From Alphaproteobacteria bacterium (GTDB taxonomy: Bacteria; Pseudomonadota; Alphaproteobacteria; CACIAM-22H2): a stretch of DNA of 64,000 nt. Below the pieces are notes generated by a model that saw only the letters and a list, made by a program, of their open reading frames with translations, was not told where the DNA came from and made no database searches. Shown piece by piece: positions 9,215 to 17,963 of this stretch (its first letter is position 1; each line of letters begins with the position of its first letter). Position numbers and translations under genes: made by a program. The DNA lies in assembly GCA_035457725.1 (NCBI GenBank), contig DATIBC010000041.1, positions 260 to 64,259 on the forward strand, written 5' to 3'.

Positions 9215-10249
9215 TCAATAGAAGCTGTCGAAGTGGATCCGCTCCGCGGGCACGCCGCGGCGGCGCAACATGGCGACGCTTGCCTCGACCATTGGCGGAG
9301 GTCCGGCGACGAAGATCTCCGCGGTCGCAAGGACCGCCCCGCCGGCCCGCTCGACGGCCTCGTGCACCATGCCGCGTGCCCCCGGCCAAATCTCGGGTCC
9401 GATGTCCTCGACATTCGACAAGACGACGCGGTAATCGATCGCGGCCTGCGGGGCGGGATCGAAGCAACGGCCAAGATCGACGATGTCCGCCGGGCGGCGT
9501 CCGCCATAGAACAACGTTGCCATCCTGGCGCTTGGGTCTTGGCGTCGTAGCACCGCGCGGAGAATCGACACCATCGGCGATAGGCCTGAGCCGCCGGCGA
9601 TGCAAAGCACCGGCGCGGCGGTCCCGGGCGCAAGAAACGCGTGCCCATAGGGCGCGTCGAGGACGACCGGCATGCCGACATAGGGCGCCTCAAATAACGC
9701 CCGGCCCGCCAATCCGCCTTGCTTGCGCTTTACGATGAACTGCCAAACCCCCGCGGAATTGGCGAGGTTGGCCATCGAGTATGCGCGCCAGCCCGGGACA
9801 TTGGGCAGCGCCAGCAACGCGTATTGTCCGGGCAGGAATTCGGCGACGCCGCCAGCGTGCAGCTCGAATTCCCAAATATCGTGGGTCAAGACGCGCCAAC
9901 GCTCGAGGCGCGCGGCGCGTCGGACGGGGGCTATCGGCGGCTTGCGTGCAGGCTCGAGGCGGACGGCTATCGTCGCCGGCCCCAGCGGAGTCGCCTGGCA
10001 TCCGAGCATGCGATTGCGTTGCCGGTCGCGTTCGCTCCACGCCGGGGCCTCGCGCCACGCCATGTCGAAAGCGCCATCGCGTATCTCAAAGCGGCAGGTA
10101 CCGCACGAGCCGGTGCCGCACTCGTAAGGAAACGGCAGCCCGGCACGGAGCGCCGCCCGCAGCACCGGCTCGTCGGGCGCGCACGAAAACGTCGGTCCGC
10201 CGGCGATCGCGACCACGAAGCCGCCACCGGGCGGCGGCATCTCATTCAA
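9215..10249 (-). CDS. carAd: ferredoxin-NAD(P)H reductase component of Rieske dioxygenase (CarAd-like; plant-type 2Fe-2S plus FAD/NAD domains)
   Basis: N-terminal C-x4-C-x2-C...C ferredoxin (YECGTGSCGTCRFEI) followed by FNR-type flavin and NAD domains. Last gene of the car-like operon. Confidence 0.7.
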   Translation of the reverse strand: MNEMPPPGGGFVVAIAGGPTFSCAPDEPVLRAALRAGLPFPYECGTGSCGTCRFEIRDGAFDMAWREAPAWSERDRQRNRMLGCQATPLGPATIAVRLEPARKPPIAPVRRAARLERWRVLTHDIWEFELHAGGVAEFLPGQYALLALPNVPGWRAYSMANLANSAGVWQFIVKRKQGGLAGRALFEAPYVGMPVVLDAPYGHAFLAPGTAAPVLCIAGGSGLSPMVSILRAVLRRQDPSARMATLFYGGRRPADIVDLGRCFDPAPQAAIDYRVVLSNVEDIGPEIWPGARGMVHEAVERAGGAVLATAEIFVAGPPPMVEASVAMLRRRGVPAERIHFDSFY

Positions 10250-10988
10250 GGCCGAAGACGCGATCGAGACGCATGGCGATCCGAATGTCTCCGCGCAGCC
10301 GCAGCTTTCCCGTCATCAGCGCGAATTTCGGATTGAGCTGCTTGTCGATGATCTTCTCGAAGTTCTCGCGGCTGACCGTTATGGTGATCGTCGAATCCTT
10401 GTCTTCGTTGCTCACCGAATTCGGTTTCGCGAGGCCGTCGACATAGATGATTCCAACCTCGGGAAAGACGAACTTCACCGTCGCATCGAGTCCCGAATCC
10501 GCTCCCACCGATGTGCGGACTCGTTCGGTCAATTCCTGCAACGTCATATCGCTGTTCCTCCCGGGGCTAGTGCCGTGCTCCGTCGCATGGGATTCGATCG
10601 GCCGCGATGGCGCCCGCGCCGCGCGCGCGATCCACACCTTTCCGTCGCGCACCGTGGCGGCGTAGGTGCGCAGGGCCACGGTGCAAGGCGCCGCCGCCGG
10701 CTCTCCGGTGCGTAGGTTGAACGCGCCCGCGTGCCATGGGCATTCGATGATTTCGCCGTCAAGCGTGCCCTCGCTCAGCGACGCCATGCCATGCGTGCAA
10801 GTATCGTCAACGACGTAAAAGGCGCCGCCGGCGTTGAATACGGCGAGCGCCGGCATGCCAGCCACGACGCATTTGCGCCCCGATCCGGGCGCGATGTCGC
10901 CGGTCGCGCACAAGGCGATCAACTCGGAATCAGTCGCGCAACCGTTGGCGCGGCCTTCGGACGCAGAATGCGATGCAAGCGACTCCAT
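10242..10988 (-). CDS. carAc: Rieske [2Fe-2S] ferredoxin (CarAc-like) continuing in-frame into a C-terminal SCP2 sterol-carrier domain
   Basis: Rieske motifs CTHGMASL...CPWHAGAF. Start ATG overlaps the stop of the upstream hydrolase (ATGA). No stop codon before an SCP2-like ~100 aa segment (internal ATG at ~10547 with a GGGAGGA RBS). Confidence 0.65.
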   Translation of the reverse strand: MESLASHSASEGRANGCATDSELIALCATGDIAPGSGRKCVVAGMPALAVFNAGGAFYVVDDTCTHGMASLSEGTLDGEIIECPWHAGAFNLRTGEPAAAPCTVALRTYAATVRDGKVWIARAARAPSRPIESHATEHGTSPGRNSDMTLQELTERVRTSVGADSGLDATVKFVFPEVGIIYVDGLAKPNSVSNEDKDSTITITVSRENFEKIIDKQLNPKFALMTGKLRLRGDIRIAMRLDRVFGLE

Positions 10989-11812
10989 CAGTCGTGCGCG
11001 TTGCGTATGAAGTTCAAGGTCGCCGACGCGAAGTCGCGCGGGTGCTCGAGCATCGCCCAATGGCCGCAATCGGGAATGAAGTAAGCCCAAGATTTCGGGA
11101 TCAGATCGAGCATCCGCATCGCGTCCGAAAGCGGCACCACCTTGTCTTGTTTGCCGTTGATCACCAACGTCGGCGCCTGGACGCGTCGAATGAAGTCCTC
11201 TTCGTAGTAGAGGCCGCCTTGTTGACGCACCCAGCCCATGATATCGCCATACGCGCGGCGCGCATCGGCATCGAGCGCGTTGGTGAAGCGATAATCCACC
11301 ATCTTGTCGTCGATCTTGAACCGCTCGGTGCACAAGACCCGCATCAGCGCGATCATTCCCTCGCGGGTGAAATCGTAATTGATAAGGGGCTTGAGCGAGG
11401 GCGGTAGATGACGCGTGACCCCAGCGCTGCCCATGAGGACGAGGCGTCCCACGATCTCCGGCCGCGACGACGCGACTCCGATCGAGGTGGCGCCGCCCAT
11501 CGAATTGCCGACCAGCGTCGCCCGACGAAGGCCCAACGCTTCCAAGAAGCCCGCGAGATGCTCGTTTCGCGCTTGCTGCGAATAAACGTACTTCTCCGGG
11601 TCGGGCTTGTCGGTCTTGCCGAAGCCGACCATGTCGACGGCGATGACACGTGCTTCCGCCGCGAGCATGGGAATCGTCTCGACCCAATTCGAGTAACCGT
11701 CCGCGCCGGCGCCGCCGCCGTGAACGAGTACGATGGGATCGCCGCTTCCCTCGTCGACGTAGTGCGTTCGAATACCCGCCACATCGATAAACCTACTTTG
11801 CCACGACCTCAT
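10988..11812 (-). CDS. carC: meta-cleavage compound hydrolase (CarC/BphD/MhpC family alpha/beta hydrolase)
   Basis: HGGG oxyanion motif, GNSMGG nucleophile elbow, C-terminal His. Sits directly downstream of the extradiol dioxygenase genes. Confidence 0.8.
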   Translation of the reverse strand: MRSWQSRFIDVAGIRTHYVDEGSGDPIVLVHGGGAGADGYSNWVETIPMLAAEARVIAVDMVGFGKTDKPDPEKYVYSQQARNEHLAGFLEALGLRRATLVGNSMGGATSIGVASSRPEIVGRLVLMGSAGVTRHLPPSLKPLINYDFTREGMIALMRVLCTERFKIDDKMVDYRFTNALDADARRAYGDIMGWVRQQGGLYYEEDFIRRVQAPTLVINGKQDKVVPLSDAMRMLDLIPKSWAYFIPDCGHWAMLEHPRDFASATLNFIRNAHD

Positions 11813-11867
11813 GAGACCTCCTCGAAAGCTCCCCCGTCACGAAATTCTGCGTAACGCGCAACGATGG

Positions 11868-12677
11868 CTAGGCGGCCAGCGCAATACCCCCTACGCCGGT
11901 GAGCCACTGCGGAATGGGTTCGTAGTAGATCTGTTCGCCTGTCCGTCCAGGCAACGTCGCCGCGGCCATGAGCCAGGTGACGATCTCCATGCCCCCGTTC
12001 CCCGACTGCTCGACGATCTCGCCGGGGCTCAGCGACGTCAGTTCTTCCGCCCGGCCGGCGACGATCTTGTCGATGACCATTCGGTCGAACGTCTCGTTTA
12101 CGCGCCCCATGCCGGGTATGTTGACCCAGTGCGACAGGCCGCCTGTCCCCATGACGACGACGCGCTCGTCGGTGGGACGGTGGCGTTCGATCGTCTCGCG
12201 CAGCACTCCGCCCAGCGCATAGCATCGGCCCGGCCTGGGCAATGGCGTCATGTTGATGTTCACGATCAACGGAAGCACCGGCGTCTTGCCGTCCGGATTG
12301 GCGAACATCAACGGCAACGCGACGCCGTGATCGGGGTCGAGTTCCTCGACTTTAGCCAGATCGAAACCGCGCTCCGCCGCGATCTCCACCAAGCTCTCGC
12401 CCAGCGCCCGCGATCCGCGGAAAGGCCGTCGCGGCACTCCCATCTCGCCGAACGGCGTATATGCGTCGGCGACGCCGACCGTGAACGGCGGCTGCAGGGA
12501 AAGATTTATGTTGTACATATGCTCGCTGCTGATCACCACGATCGCATCGGGGGCGAGCGCACGAACGCGCGCGCCGATCTCCCGCAGCCCCTGGAACGCG
12601 CGCTCGGCGCGCTCCTCGACGCCTTGCGGCGAAAAGAGGATGTGCGAGGTAGCGAACGCGCCTACGACCTTACCCAT
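11868..12677 (-). CDS. carBb: class III extradiol dioxygenase catalytic subunit (LigB family; CarBb-like)
   Basis: LigB-type fold and length (269 aa). Paired with the small LigA-like subunit upstream. Confidence 0.75.
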   Translation of the reverse strand: MGKVVGAFATSHILFSPQGVEERAERAFQGLREIGARVRALAPDAIVVISSEHMYNINLSLQPPFTVGVADAYTPFGEMGVPRRPFRGSRALGESLVEIAAERGFDLAKVEELDPDHGVALPLMFANPDGKTPVLPLIVNINMTPLPRPGRCYALGGVLRETIERHRPTDERVVVMGTGGLSHWVNIPGMGRVNETFDRMVIDKIVAGRAEELTSLSPGEIVEQSGNGGMEIVTWLMAAATLPGRTGEQIYYEPIPQWLTGVGGIALAA

Positions 12678-12678
12678 T

Positions 12679-12954
12679 TCATCGCTCCTCGAGCCGGCGC
12701 GTGAATGCGCTCATGTTGATCAGGTCCGCCATTTGCGGGTTCATCGCCATCATCAGATGAACTTGCAGGATCGGGTGGAGCCCGATCGCCGCGAGCGCGG
12801 CCGGATCGCCCGCCGCAAGCGCCCGGGCTTCGTCGCTCGATAGCCCGTGATCGCGGAAAACCGATTCGGGCTCGCTGCGCAACCGGACGACCAGCGCCGG
12901 GTCGCGGCACAATCGCTGCACCAATCGGTTAGCGTTGCTCGATCGATACTGCAT
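12679..12954 (-). CDS. carBa: extradiol dioxygenase small subunit (LigA-like; CarBa-like)
   Basis: 91 aa, LigA/CarBa-like, immediately upstream of the LigB-type subunit with a 1-nt gap. Confidence 0.65.
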   Translation of the reverse strand: MQYRSSNANRLVQRLCRDPALVVRLRSEPESVFRDHGLSSDEARALAAGDPAALAAIGLHPILQVHLMMAMNPQMADLINMSAFTRRLEER

Positions 12955-13030
12955 GTGGGTCGACCTCCGCCGATCGCGGTGGGATTGGCTGCCGCGGCGT
13001 CAATCGCCGTGGCGCGGGCTGCGCCTTCGT

Positions 13031-14203
13031 CTAGATCGTGTGTTCCGGCTTTTGGATTCCGCGATTGCGTCGGCTGGCGAGCTTGCGCCATTCGACGATC
13101 GCCAGATCCGGCTCATAAAGCCGCTCCTCGACCCAACCGACGTCGCCGGCATAAAATGCCTCTCCCGCTTCGCGCGCCCAAACATCGTCATCGTTAAACC
13201 CGTCGAGCGCTAGCGACGACAGCCGCTCGTTGAACTCCTTGTCGAACGCCTTCTCGGCCTCAGGGCCATCGACACGGCGTCCCAGCGTTTGCAGGTAATA
13301 ATGGCTGCCGGCGTCGCGCGAGACGTACCATTCGAATTGGATCGTGTCTTCCTGCGGCCAGGGATCGACCTTGAGCACGCCGGGCAGCCAGATCGAAATG
13401 TTGTTGGCGACTTTCGTCGCGCCAAAGTGCCCCTCGGCGACCTTTTCATCGCCGAGATAGCTTTCGAACACCGGCATCGACAGGTCGCCCAGGAGATCGT
13501 AGACGCCGCTGCGTCCTTCGCTCTCCTCCACCGTGCGGAACGTCTCGACGCCCTCGGGCGGCGCGAAACCGACCGGAAGCGCTAGGTCGTTGCCTGTGAC
13601 GAGCGGCGATTTCTTGTGGATCCAGATATGTCCGGAATCGAACCCGTTCTCGACGCCAAGCCGCCAGTTGGCGTTGACCTGGCGCACCTTGCCGCGGATC
13701 GCCATGTCGGCGTCGAGAAAATCTGGCGGCACGTCGGTCCAAAGCGGCGGCGCCGTGATATCGCCGACGAAAACGAAGACGATCCCTTTCGCTTCCTCGA
13801 CCGGATAGGTCTTGATCCGATGCTTGCCGATCTGCGTGCTCATCGGGTTGGTCAGGATGCCGATCAGTTCGCCGGTGAGCCAGCTATACGTCCAGCCGTG
13901 GTACCAGCAGGTGATGGTGTCGTTGCGAAAACATTCGAGCTTGGCCGAAAAATTTACCCCGCGATGCAGGCAACGGTCCTTCATCGCGTAGACCTTGCCG
14001 TCGATGCGTTTCAACAACAGGTTCTCTCCAAGCAGGCGCAGCGGCCGTATTTCGCCCTCCGCCACGTCGCGGGAAAACACCGTCGGATACCAGTGATTGC
14101 GAAATCCGAGCTTCGCTTCCACGTAGCCGCGCCACCCTTTGACTCTCTCGAGCACCTTGGGGTCCACCGTGGCGTTTACCGGCGGCGCAAACTGCGTCGA
14201 CAT
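13031..14203 (-). CDS. carAa: Rieske non-heme-iron angular dioxygenase terminal oxygenase (carbazole 1,9a-dioxygenase CarAa-like)
   Basis: Rieske CLHRG...CWYHGW. Many blocks recalled from CarAa (RVKGW..Y..AKLGFRNHWYP, NWRL.VENGFD, SIWLPGVLKV, FEWYV, NDDD.WAREA, WRKLAS). ~390 aa as in CarAa. Start at the internal Met with a GGGAGA RBS; upstream ORF portion rejected. Confidence 0.75.
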   Translation of the reverse strand: MSTQFAPPVNATVDPKVLERVKGWRGYVEAKLGFRNHWYPTVFSRDVAEGEIRPLRLLGENLLLKRIDGKVYAMKDRCLHRGVNFSAKLECFRNDTITCWYHGWTYSWLTGELIGILTNPMSTQIGKHRIKTYPVEEAKGIVFVFVGDITAPPLWTDVPPDFLDADMAIRGKVRQVNANWRLGVENGFDSGHIWIHKKSPLVTGNDLALPVGFAPPEGVETFRTVEESEGRSGVYDLLGDLSMPVFESYLGDEKVAEGHFGATKVANNISIWLPGVLKVDPWPQEDTIQFEWYVSRDAGSHYYLQTLGRRVDGPEAEKAFDKEFNERLSSLALDGFNDDDVWAREAGEAFYAGDVGWVEERLYEPDLAIVEWRKLASRRNRGIQKPEHTI

Positions 14204-14236
14204 TCGCCGTCTCCCACGCTGATTGTTAGCACAGAT

Positions 14237-14256
14237 GACAGACAAAAGTGTCTGAC
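14237..14256. promoter_or_regulatory. inverted repeat GACAGACA-AAAG-TGTCTGAC in the carAa/GntR divergent promoter region (candidate GntR operator)
   Basis: 7/8-bp arms with a 4-bp spacer, 35-55 bp upstream of the carAa start codon. GT...AC core typical of GntR/FadR operators. Confidence 0.4.
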
Positions 14257-14475
14257 GATATTGCCCGAGAGTCAAGATCGATACGGCTCTCCGACCCAAG
14301 CTCGACTTCGGACCCGGTGAGGTCCTTGGATGCCAAATTTTGCGCCCGGCATGGCGTCTTTCACCAAGCTTCCTATGGCCCCCTTGTTGTAATATATTGT
14401 CCTGCAATCCAGCCCACGGCGCGGTAATTGCTCTATCTTCGGATTTATCGCGGCGTAAGATCGCAGCGGGTGACC

Positions 14476-15150
14476 ATGGAAAAGAACAAGACGGGCGGCG
14501 CGAAGACGGTCGTCGAGGCAACCATCGAGGCAATCAAGAGCGGAATATTCGAGGGCCGCTATGCGCCCGGTCAACGCCTCATCGAGGCTGACCTGACGCG
14601 GGAACTAAGCGTGAGTCGCGGTCCGCTGCGCGAGGCGCTAGGCCGGTTGGTGGCCGACGGCTTGGTCGAAATTGAGCCCTATCGTGGGGCAATCGTCGCG
14701 CGGCCGTCGCGCGAGGACGTCGCCAACACGCTGCAACTTCGCGAAGTCCTCGAGGGCCTGGCGGCGCGGCTAGCGGCCGAGCGAATCGAAATTGGCGACA
14801 ATCGCAAACGTCTCGTGGCCGAGCGGGACGCAATCGCCAAGAGCGACGCCGGCCTCGAGGTGGCGACGTTCATGAGCGACAATGAGCGCTTCCACGGGCT
14901 GATACTCAAGCTGTCGGGCAACTCGCAACTGGCCCGTCTGGTATCGCAGATGCAACTGCCGACGCTTCAGACGGCTTTTTTCCGGACGATCGACCAGAAA
15001 GTACGTTCGAATTCGCTCGCCCAGCACCGGGAAATCCTGAACGCGATCCTGGCCGGCGATGGCGGCGCGGCGGAGCGCGCGATGCGGACGCACATCGCGC
15101 GCACCAGCGAACTTGCCAAGCGGCTTCCGGACGCTTTATTCGGAGCGTGA
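14476..15150 (+). CDS. GntR-family (FadR/FCD subfamily) transcriptional regulator, divergent from the car-like operon (CarR-like)
   Basis: N-terminal winged HTH (RLIEADLTRELSVSRGPLREAL), C-terminal FCD domain. Position matches CarR of known car loci. Confidence 0.75.
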   Translation: MEKNKTGGAKTVVEATIEAIKSGIFEGRYAPGQRLIEADLTRELSVSRGPLREALGRLVADGLVEIEPYRGAIVARPSREDVANTLQLREVLEGLAARLAAERIEIGDNRKRLVAERDAIAKSDAGLEVATFMSDNERFHGLILKLSGNSQLARLVSQMQLPTLQTAFFRTIDQKVRSNSLAQHREILNAILAGDGGAAERAMRTHIARTSELAKRLPDALFGA

Positions 15151-15172
15151 GTTCGCGCGGCAGCGCCGAAGG

Positions 15173-16174
15173 TCAAAAGCGAATCAACAAACGACCGATG
15201 ATTCGGTCGCCCTCGGGCCGGTTCTCGACTAGATAGTCCTTCTGGTACTTGAGTTCGACCACGGCGCCGATCGGGTGCTGGTATTGGACCTGCGGGCCGA
15301 TGCCGAGAGCGCGGCCGCGAAATCCGCCCAGAAACGGGACGTCATTCACCTCGTCGTCGCTGAATTGGTGATAGTAGTACCCACCGATGCCGACCAAGAT
15401 CTTGCCCCAGTTGAGCTCCCAGCGGTAACCAAAGGAGTAATCGACGAGTATCGCTTCGCCTGAATCGTAGTTGGTCTCCGGATTTTCGAAGTTGATGTCC
15501 AGCGTGATCTTGCTCGACACCTCGAAGCCGCCGTGAAGCCAAGTGAAGGCATAGGCCGGACTGAAGGTGAAATAACCTTGCCCGATGTTGACAAGGCGAC
15601 TTGCCTCGAACGACGCGGTCGGAAAAGTAACATCGAAGCCGACGGCCTGATGGAAATTCGGCGAGTGCCACGCCAGGAGCTGGGTGATGGTGATATCCCC
15701 TACGCCGGTCTTCGATTGGCGGCCAAACGGCGGCTGGCTAAACGCCGCCGCAAGCCCGGCGGCCACCGGCGGCGGCAGCCCAGGAGGAATCGGCGGCGGT
15801 GGATTCTTGATCGAAACGCGCACCACCGGAACGATTAATTGCGTGAGCCAATCGGCGCCGAGCACCTTGAGCCCCGGGTTATAAAGAAAGCGCGCCGCGT
15901 AGGCCTGCGTCTCTAGCTTGAAATTCGGGAAGAGCGGGTCGCCGCTCGAGTTGTTGAAGCGATCGGCGTCGATGAAAATGAACTCATTGGCTAGATACAG
16001 ACCTTCGGGCGGCAGATTGCCGACGCCGATGCCGTTAAGGCCGTTGGGAAACGGATTGCGTCCGGATTCCGTCGCCATGACTGCGCCGCTTGCCAGAAAC
16101 ATTCCGCCGAGCGCCAAGGCTATCGACGTCCGCCATCCGATGGTCGTTTTCCCACCTGTCGACCCAGCCGCCAT
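15173..16174 (-). CDS. outer-membrane transporter of the meta-pathway phenol-degradation (MetA) family
   Basis: Signal peptide, beta-barrel-like alternating pattern, C-terminal aromatic residue. Pro-rich insert NPPPPIPPGLPPP. Confidence 0.6.
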   Translation of the reverse strand: MAAGSTGGKTTIGWRTSIALALGGMFLASGAVMATESGRNPFPNGLNGIGVGNLPPEGLYLANEFIFIDADRFNNSSGDPLFPNFKLETQAYAARFLYNPGLKVLGADWLTQLIVPVVRVSIKNPPPPIPPGLPPPVAAGLAAAFSQPPFGRQSKTGVGDITITQLLAWHSPNFHQAVGFDVTFPTASFEASRLVNIGQGYFTFSPAYAFTWLHGGFEVSSKITLDINFENPETNYDSGEAILVDYSFGYRWELNWGKILVGIGGYYYHQFSDDEVNDVPFLGGFRGRALGIGPQVQYQHPIGAVVELKYQKDYLVENRPEGDRIIGRLLIRF

Positions 16175-16379
16175 CTCGAGGTCCTCCCGTTTCGCCAGTC
16201 TTTTGACGCCGCTGGCTGAGGCTGCCGGCCTCTGTCGACGCGTACGGGACGATGTCCTTGATCGGCGACAACAATTGCCATACGACTGTATGATGCAATC
16301 TTATCCTACAATAGTAGACTATAGTCAAGCCGGCACCGCCGCAGGCGCGCCCACGGCTGGCAACACATGGAGAAATGCA

Positions 16380-16829
16380 ATGGCTGCAAAAACGTTTGCC
16401 CTGGAAGCCGCCGAGACCATCGCCGACACCGCTCTGGCCAAGGGACGTGAATTGCGTTTGGCACCGTTAACGGTGGCGGTGCTCGATGCCGGCGGGGTTC
16501 TTGTCGTGCTCAAGCGCGAGGACGGCTCGAGCCTGCTCCGCCCTGAGATCGCCGTCGGCAAGGCATGGGGTGCGCTGGCGATGGGCGTCGGAACGCGCGC
16601 GATCGCCGCGCGGGCCGCGCAAGCGCCGGCGTTCATTCATGCCGTGACGACGCTCGCCGGCGGACGTTTTGTCCCAGTCCCTGGCGGCGTCCTGATCCGC
16701 TACACGGATGACGAGATCGTCGGCGCAGTCGGGATCAGCGGTGATAGTTCGGACAATGACGAGACCTGCGCGGTCGCCGGAATAGTCGCCGCAGGATTCA
16801 AAGCGGATGCCGGCGGCCCGCCACGATGA
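16380..16829 (+). CDS. GlcG/HbpS-like heme-binding protein (DUF336)
   Basis: ~150 aa with the GlcG signature (AAETIADTALAKG...GVGISGDS.DNDETCAVAGI). Upstream ORF extension rejected. Confidence 0.65.
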   Translation: MAAKTFALEAAETIADTALAKGRELRLAPLTVAVLDAGGVLVVLKREDGSSLLRPEIAVGKAWGALAMGVGTRAIAARAAQAPAFIHAVTTLAGGRFVPVPGGVLIRYTDDEIVGAVGISGDSSDNDETCAVAGIVAAGFKADAGGPPR

Positions 16830-16837
16830 TCGGCGCG

Positions 16838-17293
16838 CTATCGACTATTCGCGCCGGAAACCAGTTCCAAGATTTCGTCGCGATTAATCGCCCAGCGCGC
16901 CCAATCGGCAGGACCCAAGCCGAATCGGTTGCGATGATCGAGGCGGGCGCCATTTTCTACTAGAAAACGGGCGGTCGCAGCGTGTCCGCGCGCGCAAGCG
17001 AACATCAAGGCGGTATTGCCGGCGTCATTGACGGCGTCGATTTGCGCGCCGCGAGCAAGCAGCAGCTTGGCGATGTCGAGCGCGCCTTTCGCCGCAGCTC
17101 GCATGAGAGCGGTGTCACCGTTTTGTCCGCTCGCATTCGGCGGGATTGCAGCGTCGAGTAGTCGTTCGACCGCGGCGAAATCTCCAAGTTCAACGGCGCG
17201 AATGATCTCAGGGTCATGCACAGCGCGGCGATCAAAGCGTGTTCCATGCGCCAACGTCAAGCGGCCCGATGTCGACATGATGGCGACCATCAA
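16838..17293 (-). CDS. ankyrin-repeat protein
   Basis: Three to four ANK repeats (GDTALMRAAAKG..., GNTALMFACARGH...). Confidence 0.7.
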   Translation of the reverse strand: MMVAIMSTSGRLTLAHGTRFDRRAVHDPEIIRAVELGDFAAVERLLDAAIPPNASGQNGDTALMRAAAKGALDIAKLLLARGAQIDAVNDAGNTALMFACARGHAATARFLVENGARLDHRNRFGLGPADWARWAINRDEILELVSGANSR

Positions 17294-17498
17294 TCCTGGC
17301 CATTAGTCCCGCTTGCCAGGGAAAGCCGCGATCTAGATCGGCCGATAGCGCGCTTACACGGTCTACAACCGCTCAGCGAGGCGCGGCCCGACGCATCTTC
17401 GAATCGGCCTTGCTTGACGGACGACCGATACCCGACGCAGTCTCGTCGCTATGATCCGCCGGCGAATTCGCCGGCAGACTTCATGTTACCCTTGGCCA

Positions 17499-17810
17499 AT
17501 GAGCGTCGCCGAGACGATCCGAAACAAGCTCACCGCCGCCTACCAGCCGACGCGGCTCGCCGTCATCGACGAGTCGCATCGCCATACCGGACACGCTGGA
17601 GCGCGTCCCGAGGGCGAAACGCATTTTCGTGTCGAAATCGTCTCGGCCGCCTTTTCCGGCAAATCGCGCGTCGCCCGCCAGCGCGCTGTCTACCAGACGC
17701 TGAGCGACGAGCTTCGCGGCCCGGTCCACGCGCTTGCGCTCAGCACGTTGACCCCTGAGGAAGACCTAGCGCCCCTGCGCAACAGCGGAGTATCCCCAGC
17801 CGACCGATAA
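17499..17810 (+). CDS. BolA family protein
   Basis: ~100 aa, BolA motifs (IDESHRHTGH, THFRVEIVSAAF). Confidence 0.7.
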   Translation: MSVAETIRNKLTAAYQPTRLAVIDESHRHTGHAGARPEGETHFRVEIVSAAFSGKSRVARQRAVYQTLSDELRGPVHALALSTLTPEEDLAPLRNSGVSPADR

Positions 17811-17963
17811 GCGCCGGATTGTTCCGTGGACTGTACAACTGAAACGAGTATAATACTAAAATATCGTATTAAAAGTTGCAATACGGACAAAACTACGGCA
17901 TGATTTGTTCGAGTCGTGTTCTACCTGCGCGGGCAAATGCGCAGGGTAAGGATCCGGGGTATC

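Noticed and set aside
10989-11687. 233-aa N-terminal extension of the track ORF 10242-11687(-) upstream of the Rieske ferredoxin
   Set aside because: It fully overlaps the CarC-like hydrolase gene in another frame. The ferredoxin has its own ATG exactly overlapping the hydrolase stop (ATGA). The extension is Arg-rich with no motifs.
14204-14533. N-terminal extensions of several track ORFs beyond a well-supported internal start. Examples: 13031-14533, 15918-16829, 29713-31515, 41959-43350, 43990-45849, 46326-47993, 48096-49139, 51153-51713, 56255-57043, 56884-58647, 23285-24679.
   Set aside because: The upstream portions overlap the preceding gene or lack similarity to the family N-termini. 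The internal starts coincide with RBS-like sequences or stop/start overlaps and give family-typical protein lengths.
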